Virus record (IMG/VR): IMGVR_UViG_3300030060_003999
Coordinates: 62,001 to 96,885 of that record
Source: an uncultured virus (IMG/VR IMGVR_UViG_3300030060_003999)
Lineage: Duplodnaviria > Heunggongvirae > Uroviricota > Caudoviricetes
Reading direction: 5' to 3' (one strand)
DNA: 34,885 nucleotides
The position numbers were made by a program, and so were the translations under genes. Below the pieces are notes generated by a model, which worked only from the letters and a program-made list of their open reading frames with translations, ran no database searches and was not told the origin of the DNA. Shown in pieces: positions 1-8,259 of the stretch (positions are counted from its first letter, which is position 1; every line of letters starts with the position of its first letter).

Positions 1-6
1 TAATTT

Positions 7-338
7 AGGTTTCTCATCGTCTTGAGCAAGTGAGAAAACAAAGTCAAGCAAGAATCTTAGGGGTTATGTAGACATAAGTATATATTATTTTTACTTTTAT
101 CAATATTCTCATTTCTCATTCATTCATTCATTCTTCTACTACTACTTAACCGTCCAATAATCCTTTACTTATGCTATCATTTTCTTATGGGTTATGTATC
201 TTAGAGGGAGAGAGGCTTATGAGAATCGTGAGAAATGAGAAAAGTGAGAAACCTCGCAAACAAATGGAAGTTTCTAAACAGTTATGCTACATAGACTAGT
301 AGATTCTTAGTTTATCGTATCTTGAGAATCTTCTCAAG
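7..338. repeat. Non-coding AT-rich region with clustered TGAGAA/TTCTCA hexamers and nested inverted repeats (candidate replication origin or genome-end region)
   Basis: TTCTCA at 11, 106, 113, 331; TGAGAA at 31, 220, 229, 236, 245, 323. Exact IRs 7-16/245-254 and 106-118/229-241. Near-palindrome CTTGAGAA-TC-TTCTCAAG at 321-338. Direct repeat TCTTA(G/T)GGGTTATGTA at 55-70 and 183-198. Confidence 0.55.
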
Positions 339-534
339 GATGATAATTCATATGAAAAAATCCCACTTTCAACGGCCTGATGCTAAACTGTAAATCATTT
401 CAATTAATCTTAACAGGGCGAAATGCAAATCAATTAATTAAAATAGAATCGTTTGAAAAGCCCCTGACCTCTTTCGTAGAGATAAGAAAAAAGTTGTAAA
501 TTTCGTAGCAACGAAAAATCGGAGGGTTTGCGAA

Positions 535-550
535 AGGGTTGTTTATATAC
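535..550 (+). promoter_or_regulatory. Archaeal-type promoter (TATA box TTTATATA with upstream AGGGTTG element)
   Basis: AGGGTTGTTTATATAC, repeated exactly at 7963-7978; lies about 50 nt upstream of ATG 599. Confidence 0.75.
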
Positions 551-598
551 CCTATCAATAGTGGTAAGTTTGCCCGAAAAGGGCGGAGTTGAAAAAAC

Positions 599-1066
599 AT
601 GGATAACACACAATGGGATTCACTTTGTATTGAAGTGAACGAATACCTTGAAGCCGACACAACTTTGGATGCTGGATTGCGCCAAGTTGTTGAATTGAAC
701 CTGCAAATTGGAACAAATAACCCAAATGAGCGAAATGCTGCTGAAGGCGCATTAAAGGCTCTATTAAAGGGTAGAGATGGAACACCTTTCCGAAGGGGTC
801 AGAAATCTGCTGTTCCTGCAAGCGTTAGAGTAGCAATTGACCGCATTTGCGGTGTTGTTGAAGAAGCAAGCGTTCAATACTACAACCACGATGCAATTAT
901 TGGGGCTATCTCAATGAAGCACATTAAGTCTGGTGGCGGTCAATATGAGGATGCTGATGATTATGCTTCAGCAGTCGTTAAAAGAACCCGTAATAACCTA
1001 AGTAAGATGTTTAAGGAAGGAAACTGGGATGGTTCAGTTGAAAGCCTTTTACCATCTTCCGAGTAA
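599..1066 (+). CDS. Hypothetical protein (155 aa), probably an early, strongly expressed gene
   Basis: Clean ORF with GGAGTTGA RBS-like sequence and TATA promoter upstream; no family recognised. Confidence 0.85.
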   Translation: MDNTQWDSLCIEVNEYLEADTTLDAGLRQVVELNLQIGTNNPNERNAAEGALKALLKGRDGTPFRRGQKSAVPASVRVAIDRICGVVEEASVQYYNHDAIIGAISMKHIKSGGGQYEDADDYASAVVKRTRNNLSKMFKEGNWDGSVESLLPSSE

Positions 1067-1090
1067 GGTAAAAACGGTCTTTACACGCCT

Positions 1091-1255
1091 TTCAGGTCTT
1101 TGACCTGAACAACGGGGTTTTAGAGTCTAAGGATTCTTTAACCGTAATTATCAAGATTTATCTTGGTAAATGCCGAATCATGGGGGAGTTCGCTCCCCTG
1201 TGATTCCCCCCTTTACAACATGAGGGGAGAAACTAGATTGCAGGTTTCTCCCCTC
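1091..1255 (+). ncRNA. Cluster of five stem-loops (structured RNA or terminator region)
   Basis: Stems at 1091-1109, about 1113-1144, 1148-1169, 1175-1206 (14 bp, TTCG loop, 2 G-U pairs) and 1222-1255 (12 bp perfect). Confidence 0.5.
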
Positions 1256-1271
1256 GCCTTGAGGGATAATA

Positions 1272-1520
1272 ATGCGTTTAGTTGAAGAAGTATATGTTAA
1301 AGCCGAAAAGGATGAAATCTGCCAAAAGTGCGGAATTGATATTCCTAAAGGTTCAAACCATTTATTAGAAACATATGTGCATAAAGGCACTATTTCAACA
1401 AGTCATTACTGCCTCAAGAAAAGATGCAATCCCATCAACAATCTACGATTAAGGTTGTTTTGGGGAAGTATTATCGCAGGACTCACATCGTGGGTCGTTT
1501 ATCTTCATTGGTTCAATTGA
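1272..1520 (+). CDS. Small Zn-finger protein with C-terminal hydrophobic segment
   Basis: CQKC...HYC...C motif; C-terminal FWGSIIAGLTSWVVYLHWF; GAGGGA RBS. Confidence 0.7.
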   Translation: MRLVEEVYVKAEKDEICQKCGIDIPKGSNHLLETYVHKGTISTSHYCLKKRCNPINNLRLRLFWGSIIAGLTSWVVYLHWFN

Positions 1521-1675
1521 GAATCATTACTTCTTATTCAATCAAAGTTTGACCCCCTCCCCCCGCACCTTATACGGCATGGGGTCGGTCTATATGTTGA
1601 ACAGTATGCAAAGCGTGAGGTTTTTCATCCACACGAAATTAATTAGCATGGATTTCTTTTTGTTCAATTTAATAC

Positions 1676-1759
1676 GCTGAGATGGCTGAGTTTGGTTAAA
1701 AGCGCAGGGCTTAAACTCCTGTCCGAAATGGTTCGCAGGTTCAAATCCTGCTCTCAGCA
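1676..1759 (+). tRNA. tRNA-Leu (anticodon UAA)
   Basis: Acceptor GCTGAGA/TCTCAGC plus A discriminator; anticodon arm CAGGG-CTTAAAC-TCCTG; extended variable arm; T arm GCAGG-TTCAAAT-CCTGC; CCA not encoded. Confidence 0.92.
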
Positions 1760-1795
1760 CTTTATATTCTAATTAACAACTTTCCTGTTAGGAGG

Positions 1796-1815
1796 TTCTG
1801 TCAAATTTGACAGAA
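1796..1815. repeat. Perfect 20-bp palindrome TTCTGTCAAATTTGACAGAA
   Basis: Self-complementary; nested inside a further stem AACTTTCCT (1778-1786)/AGGAAAGTT (1822-1830). Confidence 0.85.
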
Positions 1816-1843
1816 AAAAAGAGGAAAGTTAGCAAAACACACA

Positions 1844-1942
1844 TGGCCGAAGTTGTAGGAAAAGGGGCGACTTTGGGAAGTATCAGATAATTACAAGCAA
1901 TTTACCTCCTGCGACATAATTATCTATTTCCTCCTTCGGCCA
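1844..1942 (+). ncRNA. Putative pseudoknotted RNA element in the helicase 5' leader
   Basis: P1 1844-1852/1934-1942; P2 1852-1860/1907-1915; crossing helix 1885-1893/1917-1925. Confidence 0.45.
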
Positions 1943-1974
1943 CCTATTCCCAATATTTATTGGAGGTAATTAAA

Positions 1975-3408
1975 ATGATAACAGGAACACAAGAACAAGA
2001 AAACATATGGAATGCAATTGCAGAAACAGATAATCATATATTTGTTAATGCTGGTGCTGGAACAGGAAAAACATTTACAATTGTTGAAGCAGCAAATAGA
2101 CTTCCTTTTGGTAATACTGCTGCCTTTCTAGCATTTAACAAATCTATCGCAACAGAATTAGCAAACAGGCTACCTTCTGATGTAGAAGCAAAAACATTTC
2201 ATGCTTTCGGATTTGCAGCAATTCGTCAGGCAGGTATTAAAACCCGCATGAGTGGATATAAAGTAAATAACATTATTAAAGAACTTCTTGGAAAAGATTT
2301 CCATGTTGCACCACTAAAGAAACTAATTGGATTGATTAAAGGTTCTCTTACAGAAGGAACTGATAAACATGCAATTATGGATTTGATTAGTGAATACAAT
2401 ATTAACTTTCAATCGGATAGAGAACTAGCAATTGCTTTAGAAGCGATTCCTGCTATCCTTACCATGTGTAGAACACAAACCCATCATATTGATTTTGATG
2501 ACATGATTTGGCTACCTTTAGTAAATAACTATCCAATGCCTAATTATGATGTAATGTTTGTAGATGAAGCACAGGATTTTAATGAAGCCCAAAGAGAATT
2601 GATTCGTAAATGCGTCAAAGGTGGCCGATGTATTATTGTTGGCGACAAAAATCAGGCGATTTATGGATTTAGAGGGGCTGACTCAAACAGTATTGGTATG
2701 TTTTATCAAAGTCTTGAAGGCGGAGAGAGAGAAATAAGCGAATTTCCTTTGAGTATTACATGGAGATGTCCAACATCGGTTGTTAAGGAAGCGAATAGAT
2801 TCGTAAAAGAGTTTAATGCACATAAAGATGCAATCGCTGGAACTGTTATTGAAAACGCTCCATTTAACCCTCAAACAAATGACATGGTTCTTTGTCGTTA
2901 TAATGCTCCATTGATTAGTGCTTTCTATGATTTAATTAGTCAAGGAAAGAATGCATATATTCTTGGTCGTGATATGACGCAAGGACTAATTATGGCAGTT
3001 GATAAAATAACAAAGAATGATAACATGGGAACTGATGAATTTTGGGAACTATTTACAACAGACTTTGAATATAACTTCAATAAACTTATCAAACAAGATA
3101 AGAAAGCACAAGCACTTGCTTTAGAAGATAAGAAAGATTGTATTGAAATCTTTGTTCATAAGGCAACAACAGTTGGTGGAATTAAATACGAAATTAAGCG
3201 AGTATTTGATAATGCAGATGATGGCGAGATTATGCTATCAACAGTTCACAAGGCTAAAGGTCTTGAGGCTGATAATGTTTATATTCTAGCGACTGAAAGA
3301 ATGCCACACCCGTTAGGTGGGCAGGAAGAAAACAATATCGCTTATGTTGCTATTACAAGAGCAAAAAAGAATTTATTCTATGTCGGGCCAAAACCCGAAT
3401 TAAATTGA
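1975..3408 (+). CDS. Superfamily 1 (UvrD/Rep-like) helicase
   Basis: AGAGTGKT Walker A, FVDEAQD, VGDKNQAIYGFRGAD, STVHKAKGLEAD, YVAITRAK. Start placed at ATG 1975 after GGAGGT. Confidence 0.95.
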   Translation: MITGTQEQENIWNAIAETDNHIFVNAGAGTGKTFTIVEAANRLPFGNTAAFLAFNKSIATELANRLPSDVEAKTFHAFGFAAIRQAGIKTRMSGYKVNNIIKELLGKDFHVAPLKKLIGLIKGSLTEGTDKHAIMDLISEYNINFQSDRELAIALEAIPAILTMCRTQTHHIDFDDMIWLPLVNNYPMPNYDVMFVDEAQDFNEAQRELIRKCVKGGRCIIVGDKNQAIYGFRGADSNSIGMFYQSLEGGEREISEFPLSITWRCPTSVVKEANRFVKEFNAHKDAIAGTVIENAPFNPQTNDMVLCRYNAPLISAFYDLISQGKNAYILGRDMTQGLIMAVDKITKNDNMGTDEFWELFTTDFEYNFNKLIKQDKKAQALALEDKKDCIEIFVHKATTVGGIKYEIKRVFDNADDGEIMLSTVHKAKGLEADNVYILATERMPHPLGGQEENNIAYVAITRAKKNLFYVGPKPELN

Positions 3409-3419
3409 GGTGAAGAAGA

Positions 3420-3608
3420 ATGATTTGTAAACACGAAAATATAGAAATGATTGGACATGATTATTATTTAGATGACGAACAAAATATGGTTGAAGAAACC
3501 AAATTTGTTTGTTTGGACTGCGGAAGTGAAGGTCATCAATTGACTATTCAAAAACCTTTGAAATGGTTTTATGACCCAGACCAAACTAAATTACCTATTC
3601 AACCTTAA
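3420..3608 (+). CDS. Small Cys/His protein (possible Zn ribbon)
   Basis: CKH...CLDC; GGTGA RBS. Confidence 0.7.
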   Translation: MICKHENIEMIGHDYYLDDEQNMVEETKFVCLDCGSEGHQLTIQKPLKWFYDPDQTKLPIQP

Positions 3609-3826
3609 CTGGTCATTTTAAGGTTAAGTTGAAACGCAGGTTTATGGAATAAAAGTAAAGAAAATCCGTCATACGGTATTCCTTGGGGTCGCTCTCAAAC
3701 ATGGACATTACCGCTTTACTTTCCTGCACAGGGGGTTTTTCTATTAAAAACAATAATCTTTCTTGAATTAGAATAGTAGCACTGTTGTCTTATGAATTGT
3801 TTTCCTCCGCCTTTTAGGTGATTAGT

Positions 3827-4054
3827 ATGTTTGAATGGATAAAAAAAATAATAGGTAAAATTCCTTTTACTACGGAAGAAGTAATCCGTTGTAAAGTTTG
3901 CTTTTTAAAAGCAACACACGAAATAACAATAAATACCGTTAATTTAGATACGGAAGAAATAGAAGAAATACATATGGAAATATGCCATAATTGTATTAGA
4001 GATATAAAAATAACAATGAATGTGATGAAAGATGAAGATGAGAGAAATAGTTAA
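3827..4054 (+). CDS. Small Zn-finger-like protein
   Basis: CKVC...CHNC; AGGTGA RBS before ATG 3827. Confidence 0.7.
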   Translation: MFEWIKKIIGKIPFTTEEVIRCKVCFLKATHEITINTVNLDTEEIEEIHMEICHNCIRDIKITMNVMKDEDERNS

Positions 4055-4199
4055 AGAAACAAGAATATGGAAAGAAGAATATCTTAACCTTGATGTTAAG
4101 GTAGCCGAACAAAGGCGAGAATATTGTAAGATTCAAAACATTAGTGGTCGTAAAGACCATTACAAAATTTACGAAGAAGCAAAGAGGTTATTCAAATGA
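4038..4199 (+). CDS. Hypothetical protein (53 aa, not in ORF track)
   Basis: MREIVKETRIWKEEYL...KRLFK*; fills the gap and ATGA-overlaps the next gene. Confidence 0.65.
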   Translation: MREIVKETRIWKEEYLNLDVKVAEQRREYCKIQNISGRKDHYKIYEEAKRLFK

Positions 4200-4888
4200 A
4201 TATATTCGCACTATCAAAATGTCCTGAAGAATCAGCACAACAAATGATTGACAAGCATATTGTCAAGATGCCGACAGAAACCTGTCAAATGTTGCATACT
4301 AACATTCTTTTTATGAAGTATGTTCAAAAATACGGCAAAGAACCATCTTTGCGTGAACTTAAGGCTTTTAATGACAAGTGGGGTGGAGGTTTTATGAAGC
4401 CAGCCATGCTAAACCACCCCTCAACCATTTGGGCGAGGCAATCTTTGGCTAATTTTGATTGGCTTTATCAACATGGTTTGGCTCTTTGTGAAGAATACGC
4501 TTATCGTTATGGCAAAGTGCATGGTTCACATAAACGAATCCTTGATTGTAAGTTATCCCGTAAAGTAGTTGCTAATCATCAATTTCCTACAAACAAATTG
4601 ACACCAGTATCTATCGCTATGGATGATTCATATAGATTAGACCGTGATGTATTCTATAATACTGCTAGAGTTCAATATGGAATTGAATATGATGAATGGG
4701 ATTTTGTAATAGAATCCTATCGTCATTATTACCGTGAAGGCAAATGGGAATTTGCTGAATGGAGAAAAAACAGACAGCCTTTTGATTGGTTTCCGAGTAA
4801 TTGGTTTGCAATCAAATGGAATAGACGAGCAACGGCATATAATAATGCTCAGCCTAGAAAATATCCTATGCCACTAATGGAGGAATAA
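4196..4888 (+). CDS. Pyrimidine-dimer DNA glycosylase / T4 endonuclease V-like protein
   Basis: MNIFxL...SAQ..IDKHIVKM..E..QML.T, NHPSTIWAR...NFDWL..HG..LC.EY..RYGK.H pattern typical of viral Pyr_excise-family proteins. Confidence 0.75.
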   Translation: MNIFALSKCPEESAQQMIDKHIVKMPTETCQMLHTNILFMKYVQKYGKEPSLRELKAFNDKWGGGFMKPAMLNHPSTIWARQSLANFDWLYQHGLALCEEYAYRYGKVHGSHKRILDCKLSRKVVANHQFPTNKLTPVSIAMDDSYRLDRDVFYNTARVQYGIEYDEWDFVIESYRHYYREGKWEFAEWRKNRQPFDWFPSNWFAIKWNRRATAYNNAQPRKYPMPLMEE

Positions 4889-4890
4889 AA

Positions 4891-5007
4891 ATGAAAATAA
4901 GACTACCACACCGATGTATTGCCTGTAATAAAGTTGTCAGTAAGAAAAACCCTTATTGTTTTTCTTGCTTAACTGAATTAACACAAAAAGCGGAGGAATC
5001 ACAATGA
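4891..5007 (+). CDS. Small Zn-finger protein (38 aa, not in ORF track)
   Basis: CIAC...CFSC; GGAGG RBS; ATGA overlap with next gene. Confidence 0.65.
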   Translation: MKIRLPHRCIACNKVVSKKNPYCFSCLTELTQKAEESQ

Positions 5008-5267
5008 ATAAATATGGACATAGCGAAACAGAAGAACTAATCTTTAATGCACTAAAACAGGAGTATGGTAAGATTTGGGAAGCACTAGATGAAGATTTGG
5101 TGCAAACTAAAATTGATAGTTCTAAGAAACTCTATGAATTAGCAGTTGATGAATACCGTGTAAATCAATCAGCATATAATTACAATATCCTGATTACTGC
5201 CATGATTTCTCTTCAATATTGGAATCAAAAGAAAACAAAGTTGTTTACTATTACGGAGGACTTTTGA
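5004..5267 (+). CDS. Hypothetical protein
   Basis: ORF with GGAGG RBS, coupled to its neighbours. Confidence 0.75.
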   Translation: MNKYGHSETEELIFNALKQEYGKIWEALDEDLVQTKIDSSKKLYELAVDEYRVNQSAYNYNILITAMISLQYWNQKKTKLFTITEDF

Positions 5268-5581
5268 TGCCCAATTCTGAATGTGAAAAGTGTAATGGTG
5301 ATGGGCACTATTTAGTCCCTAATTATCAACATGATATAATGGAAAGAATTGAATGTATGGATTGTTATGCAGAAGACCATTATAAATGGCATCTTAGTGA
5401 AGAACTAACTAAGGTATTGATTAACAGTAGTCCACAAAAACTAGCGCAGATTGTTGCTACATTAGTAGTTAATGGCGTAGATACAAACCCTAAAGATGAT
5501 TTATCTAGGATTGAAGTTATTATTCAAACAAAGAATGCTATGGAAGCACTTGTTTTAGGAGAGTTTTACAATAAACTGTGA
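5267..5581 (+). CDS. Protein with N-terminal CxxCxGxG...CxxC Zn finger
   Basis: CEKCNGDG...CMDC; start at ATG 5267 (TGATG overlap, GGAGG RBS). Confidence 0.75.
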   Translation: MPNSECEKCNGDGHYLVPNYQHDIMERIECMDCYAEDHYKWHLSEELTKVLINSSPQKLAQIVATLVVNGVDTNPKDDLSRIEVIIQTKNAMEALVLGEFYNKL

Positions 5582-5595
5582 ATAAGAACACAACT

Positions 5596-5668
5596 GGGCG
5601 TATGGTGTAATAGGATAGCATTTTGGCCTTCTAAGCCGAAGATTCGGGTTCAAATCCTGATACGCCCG
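5596..5668 (+). tRNA. tRNA-Arg (anticodon UCU)
   Basis: Acceptor GGGCGTA/TACGCCC; anticodon arm TTGGC-CTTCTAA-GCCGA; T arm TCGGG-TTCAAAT-CCTGA; CCA not encoded. Confidence 0.93.
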
Positions 5669-5692
5669 CTTGTGTCCTTATTTTTTGCTTCC

Positions 5693-5701
5693 TTTATATA
5701 C
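5693..5701 (+). promoter_or_regulatory. TATA box TTTATATAC
   Basis: Same core as 542-550 and 7970-7978; intergenic, about 55 nt before ATG 5756. Confidence 0.55.
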
Positions 5702-5755
5702 TGTCGTGGTCTGCCACTTTCAAGTCAGCAAACAACGGCAAAAGAGGTGATTAAT

Positions 5756-6127
5756 ATGCATACAAAACAAGAAACAAGAGAAACAGTATTACTTAATCTA
5801 TTGATAAACAATGATGGAGTAACAACTGAGGAATTAAAGAATGGAATGATTTTTGCAGGGGTTCTTGAACCAACTGATGAAAGTATGATTAACTTCATTA
5901 GAGCAAATTTGATTTCATTAGCGAGGCGTTTTAAGAAATGGAAGATTACGCTTTTTACTGGGCTTGACCCACAAATACACAAAAGGACTTATACTGCAAC
6001 AGAAGAAGCAAAGAACTTCTGTTTGTATAATCTATTAGAAAAAATGTATGATGAAGAAGGAGAAGAAATAGGTTTTGTTTATCAACACCCTATTTCACTA
6101 AATAAAGAAAGGTTGGAATTAGTATGA
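5756..6127 (+). CDS. Putative winged-helix DNA-binding protein
   Basis: GAGGTGA RBS; helical N-terminus followed by a KRTYTATEEA wing-like segment; fold call tentative. Confidence 0.55.
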   Translation: MHTKQETRETVLLNLLINNDGVTTEELKNGMIFAGVLEPTDESMINFIRANLISLARRFKKWKITLFTGLDPQIHKRTYTATEEAKNFCLYNLLEKMYDEEGEEIGFVYQHPISLNKERLELV

Positions 6128-6378
6128 AAAGAGAAAATAATGTTGAATTTAGAATAATTAATGCAAGTGATATGCCACCATTGGTTATATCACAGAATGA
6201 AAATGATGAGCCGAAGGTTGTTTTGAATACCTACCACCGCATATGGATTAGTTTAAATAGGCGGTTGATTGCAGGTATTATTGAGAACCTACAAGAAAAG
6301 ATGGACACAATCCTCACATCTTATCTAATGGAACAAAGACAGTTTGAAAAAGAGGATTATGAATTTAATGGTGAATAA
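6124..6378 (+). CDS. Hypothetical protein
   Basis: ATGA-coupled ORF. Confidence 0.75.
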   Translation: MKRENNVEFRIINASDMPPLVISQNENDEPKVVLNTYHRIWISLNRRLIAGIIENLQEKMDTILTSYLMEQRQFEKEDYEFNGE

Positions 6379-6380
6379 CA

Positions 6381-7685
6381 ATGGTAGAAACAATTGTAGC
6401 AAAAAGAGAACTCGGTAATGGCCGATGGGATAGAGCATTAAAAAGAAAAATGGTAGAACTATCGGTTGCTGATAATTATGACGATGCAAAAGAAGAATGG
6501 ATTGCTACTGGAGAAGTCTGGTGGAATGGTAATGCTGAAATGCCTGATTGGGTTGAAAATTCTCAAATGGGTGTTGGTAAGTGTCTATGTGGGCATATTG
6601 TAGTTTATCATTTTGAAATTATTAATACCGAAAATGGTGTCCGAGAATGTGTCGGTAGCGACCATATCAATACCTATCTAATTATGCGAGCAATTGCAGA
6701 AGATATGCAAATACCTATTGATGCAATTACTGATGAACAAGTCCAAGAATGGATTAATGTTCGTGTTAAGTCAATGAAGGCAGAAGCATGGTGGAAAGAG
6801 AATGGAACTTCTTTTGAATTGATGTTTAATACTGTTAAAGAAATGGATTTGCATTACAATACTCGTATTGAAGGAACTGTTTGGAATAATGAATTATCAA
6901 GAAATGACCCTATTCGTAAAATCATTAAGCGTGGTAGTGGTCAATTTGGTAGTGAATTCTATCAAATGGCTTCTATTGTTTGGAGATGGAATCACCCAGA
7001 TAATCCAAAAGCACAGATTAATACAACAGGATTCCCTAATGATAATCTAATGAAAGACTTAGCATTATTTTATGTTAAGTCTTTAGAACTATCAAAAGAC
7101 TTTGCTGAATATCAAATTGAGCGACAGAATCGTAAAGATGAAATTGCTGAAGAAAGAAGGCTTTCTCGCCTAAGAAGAGAAGAAAGAGAAAGAATTCAAG
7201 CAGAAGCAGAAGCAGAAAGAGTTCGCATTTACAATCTTCCTGAAAATGTAGAAAAGCGACGAATTGAAGCAGAATTGGCTGAACAACGACGACAAGAACA
7301 AATTCGTATTAATGAAGAACGAAGGCAACAAAGAGAGCGTCAAAGACAAATTGAACTTCAAAGAAAGCAAGAAAAGGCTGATAAAATCTTAAAGGAACAA
7401 AGTAAGGAATTTACCAATGGTTGTAGGAATTACGGTATTCCTGAGTTTGATGCGTCTTATGCAGCAAATGATTGGGAAGTAGATTTTCTTGTATCTGTTA
7501 AAGAACAAATGATGAAAAAGAAAACTTTATCAGCAAGTCAAAGGCAAACCTTAGTAAGAATTGTTAAGGCTAATTTGCCGACTGAAAAACAACTCCAATA
7601 TCTAAAAGACTTGGGATATACAGGAGTGGTGAAAACCAAAAAAGAAGCAAGCAAAAAAATAAAAGAAATAAAAGGAGATGAATAA
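6381..7685 (+). CDS. Hypothetical protein with Cys/His cluster, coiled coil and C-terminal 'PTxKQLxYL' module
   Basis: CLCGH...N..NG...CVGSDHI; long E/R/Q-rich helix; PTEKQLQYLKDLG...TKKEASKKI. Confidence 0.85.
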   Translation: MVETIVAKRELGNGRWDRALKRKMVELSVADNYDDAKEEWIATGEVWWNGNAEMPDWVENSQMGVGKCLCGHIVVYHFEIINTENGVRECVGSDHINTYLIMRAIAEDMQIPIDAITDEQVQEWINVRVKSMKAEAWWKENGTSFELMFNTVKEMDLHYNTRIEGTVWNNELSRNDPIRKIIKRGSGQFGSEFYQMASIVWRWNHPDNPKAQINTTGFPNDNLMKDLALFYVKSLELSKDFAEYQIERQNRKDEIAEERRLSRLRREERERIQAEAEAERVRIYNLPENVEKRRIEAELAEQRRQEQIRINEERRQQRERQRQIELQRKQEKADKILKEQSKEFTNGCRNYGIPEFDASYAANDWEVDFLVSVKEQMMKKKTLSASQRQTLVRIVKANLPTEKQLQYLKDLGYTGVVKTKKEASKKIKEIKGDE

Positions 7686-7686
7686 G

Positions 7687-7854
7687 ATGAATTGGAAAAA
7701 AATTGGATTGGGTGCTAGTTTAGCATCCATTATTGGAAGTATTGCGATATACGCAACATACGACACAGATTTGGGTATCTTTGTCGGTCTATGGGCTTCG
7801 GCTCTTTTGTTGCTTACTGAGCGAATTGAAGAAGTAAAGGAGATGAATGAATGA
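7687..7854 (+). CDS. Small two-helix membrane protein (55 aa, not in ORF track)
   Basis: MNWKKIGLGASLASIIGSIAIYATYDTDLGIFVGLWASALLLL...; GGAGATGA RBS. Confidence 0.7.
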   Translation: MNWKKIGLGASLASIIGSIAIYATYDTDLGIFVGLWASALLLLTERIEEVKEMNE

Positions 7855-7964
7855 TTGGAAAACTAATTAAAGGAATAGCATATACCGCAGGTTTTGTAGC
7901 ACTTGGCACAGTTGGTGTGTCAATTATTGCTTACTTAGAGAATGCCGATTACGACTTAGAATAG
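7851..7964 (+). CDS. Small membrane protein (37 aa, not in ORF track)
   Basis: MIGKLIKGIAYTAGFVALGTVGVSIIAYLE...; ATGA overlap. Confidence 0.6.
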   Translation: MIGKLIKGIAYTAGFVALGTVGVSIIAYLENADYDLE

Positions 7965-7978
7965 GGTTGTTTATATAC
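7963..7978 (+). promoter_or_regulatory. Archaeal-type promoter of the Ubl gene
   Basis: Exact copy of 535-550, AGGGTTGTTTATATAC. Confidence 0.75.
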
Positions 7979-8015
7979 TTGAGAGAACTAGAGAGAATGA
8001 ACGGAAGTGAAAATT

Positions 8016-8222
8016 ATGATTAAACTAAGAATTTTAAATGAAACAGGACATACAGACTTAATGCTTGATGCTTCAGGCATTATTGAGCAAATTGACAACC
8101 ACCCGACCCATTGGGCTTTTATTGATGGTGAAATGGTTGCTAGAGAAGAAATCGCTAACATTAACTGGGACACGGTGCAATCCGTAGATTTAACCCCTGC
8201 AATTGTTGGAGGAAACCTTTGA
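8016..8222 (+). CDS. Ubiquitin-like (ThiS/MoaD/SAMP beta-grasp) modifier precursor ending GG-NL
   Basis: 68 aa; WAFIDGEMV resembles the 'vNGe.v' strand and VQSVDLTPAIVGG the 'D.v.i.p.v.GG' C-terminus; 2-residue extension after GG; GGAAGTGA RBS. Confidence 0.75.
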   Translation: MIKLRILNETGHTDLMLDASGIIEQIDNHPTHWAFIDGEMVAREEIANINWDTVQSVDLTPAIVGGNL

Positions 8223-8259
8223 GGATAAATAATTCTTAAAGTTCTCTTTTGCCCAAATT

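Noticed and set aside
7141..7380. GAA/GCAGAA-rich low-complexity stretch as a DNA repeat element
   Set aside because: Explained by the E/R/Q-rich coiled-coil coding sequence of ORF 6381-7685.
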